Assembly (NCBI GenBank): GCA_964247055.1 | Contig: OZ176053.1 | Location: 1-64,000 of the forward strand | Direction: 5' to 3' | DNA length: 64,000 nt | Origin: Paragordius varius | Lineage: Eukaryota; Animalia; Nematomorpha | In this document: positions 62,282-64,000 of the stretch, one piece after another | Layout of the letters: every line of letters starts with the position of its first letter | Numbering within the stretch: position 1 is the first letter of the stretch | Position numbers and translations under genes: made by a program | The notes under the pieces: model-generated | Databases searched by the model: none | The model's input: the letters and a program-made list of their open reading frames with translations, nothing else | Told to the model about the DNA's origin: nothing

Positions 62282-62832
62282 TCCTTCGATTCAAATTGGG
62301 GTAGTTGGATACCCCAGGCCTGTTTAATATCAAATACTTTAAAAAGTATGGAAGGAATCGAAACCATGGCAAAATTTTGCACTTATATAACATTAATAAA
62401 CCGGAATATATAAAAAAATTTATATAAAAACACTTGATATTACTTATTTTAAGCTAAAACCGAAAGGTAAAAATTCCCTCAACGTGACATGTGTTAAATC
62501 ATAAAACTAAAAAATAATACATAATAAACCGCTTTTTCTATTTCTCTCAATGTTAGATGTAATTTATATAAAAAATTAGCTTTAGTTTTACCCTTAAAAT
62601 TAAATGAAGACGATATTTTGCATAAATTTTGTAAAATAATGGCGTCGAAGTAGTTTGAGATGGAACTTTTTTTTCAAAACAAAATTTTATCAATATATTT
62701 TGGCATAGTTATATAATTTTTATCAGGAGAGAAGCATAAATTTAAATTGAACCGTTTCCTTTAGTAGTTTTTTAAAAATATTAATTTAAATTTAGTCTGG
62801 GTTATTTAGATACCCCAATTTGAATCGAAGTG
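62282..62832. mobile_element. Non-autonomous TIR element with TTAA-type ends (piggyBac-like MITE)
   Basis: CTTCGATTCAAATTGGGGTA ... TACCCCAATTTGAATCGAAG-TG-TTAA; homologous to 5499-5816. Confidence 0.7.
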
Positions 62833-64000
62833 TTAAACGAAAAAAAGTAAATTGTTAATAAAATAAGGAATACATGACTGTAATTATAAAAGGTTATTGG
62901 TAGTTACTAATAAATCTTAATATAGATATTCATTACCACAGGTTACTAAAAAAACCAACATTAATATGAAAAGGCCTTTTTAATTTAGAATGTAAGAATT
63001 TAATGATTTCAGTCCAATGTTTAGGCCTTGATAAGTCTGGATACAATTTAAGTATTTACCCTAAATATAAAAGAAAAAAAAAGACTTTCTGTAATATTTT
63101 CAATTATAATTCACTGTTAAAATGTTAGTAAGTATTAGATAATGCAAAAAACTCGACTGAAAAAATTTTTTTGTTTAGTATGTAAATATATTTTCTAAAT
63201 TGCCTACAATTAAAATCGTTTTTGTTTTGCCAACCTGAAATGATTTTACTTGTTCCACAAAAGTATGCATTTATGGCGCCCCATTCATTAATCCATAAAA
63301 ACGCCCACTCCCCCTCCATGCCACGCCTTGCATTATAAAATGATCAAATCCAAATCGTACTCATAAATGAGATTTTTCATGTAGTATATAAAATAATAAC
63401 CTATTTTTGAAATAAAATTAAAATATAAAATCCGACGCCCCTTCAACTATGGCCCCAGGCGCATTAACTCTCCCTAGCTACGCCTCTACACCGGCAAAAA
63501 TAGATGCCAATGAAGAAAAATTATTAAAAACACATTTTATATAAACAAAAAATATTATTTTCCATATATAATTTTTTATATTTCCTAAGTCATGTTTCTA
63601 CCTATTTTATGCTACTTGGTAAAAATTTATTAGCCCCAAAACTACCCGCTCCCAAAGATATTACCGTTATGTTAAAAATTAAGTTACTTTTAGAGGACAA
63701 AAACGCTATATAACTGTCAAATTTGGTTAAAAACATATATTACAAAAATGTCAATTATACCCAATTTATTGATCAAGTAATTATACCTAAAATAAACCAG
63801 TTTGATGGCCCTTACTCCGTTACTCGAATCGGCGGTCATAATAAAACATGATGTTGTGTTCCCATCTCTGTTTTTAAGAATTATATTACTCTTATGCAAA
63901 GCGTTTGGTCTGTAGATGATAGAATGATGGCGAATCGCACATGAATTCTTTCGATTAGCTAGCTGGCATTGTCAATATCGATTTGACCAGGGAATATAAA

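Noticed and set aside
63787-64000. Possible minus-strand exon ending at a GTATAA donor (…SSNGVRAIKLVYFR)
   Set aside because: No recognisable domain, and it lies at the window edge, so it cannot be evaluated.
1-64000. tRNA, rRNA, other snRNA or spliced-leader genes
   Set aside because: None recognised by eye apart from U2. A covariance-model scan would be needed to exclude divergent ones.

Overview
Eukaryotic (invertebrate metazoan-like), very AT-rich chromosome end. It starts with a ~3.16 kb (CCCTAA)n telomere, followed by a transposon-rich subtelomere. Three multi-exon protein genes could be reconstructed by hand: an astacin-EGF-CUB metalloprotease (-), AUH/methylglutaconyl-CoA hydratase (+) and a secreted LRR protein (-). 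A U2 snRNA gene is split exactly after its branch-point recognition sequence by a 5'-truncated Utopia-type retrotransposon. Other mobile DNA: three hAT elements with perfect 8-bp TSDs, two decayed RTE-clade LINEs, a Penelope-like element present as a 1,168-bp-arm palindrome, Ty3/gypsy, Tc1-like and hAT remnants, several MITE families and a minimal hammerhead ribozyme motif. The most unusual signals are: (i) a 114-bp tandem array of 28 near-identical, strand-asymmetric RNA hairpins (37.7-40.9 kb); (ii) the U2::Utopia chimera, with a promoter-like element and an intact endonuclease-only ORF; (iii) several independent candidate 19-22 nt GT-AG introns; (iv) a short non-telomeric insert inside the telomere tract. 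All exon structures and folds were derived by eye without tools. Family assignments rest on recognised motifs, not database searches. The organism cannot be determined from the window.
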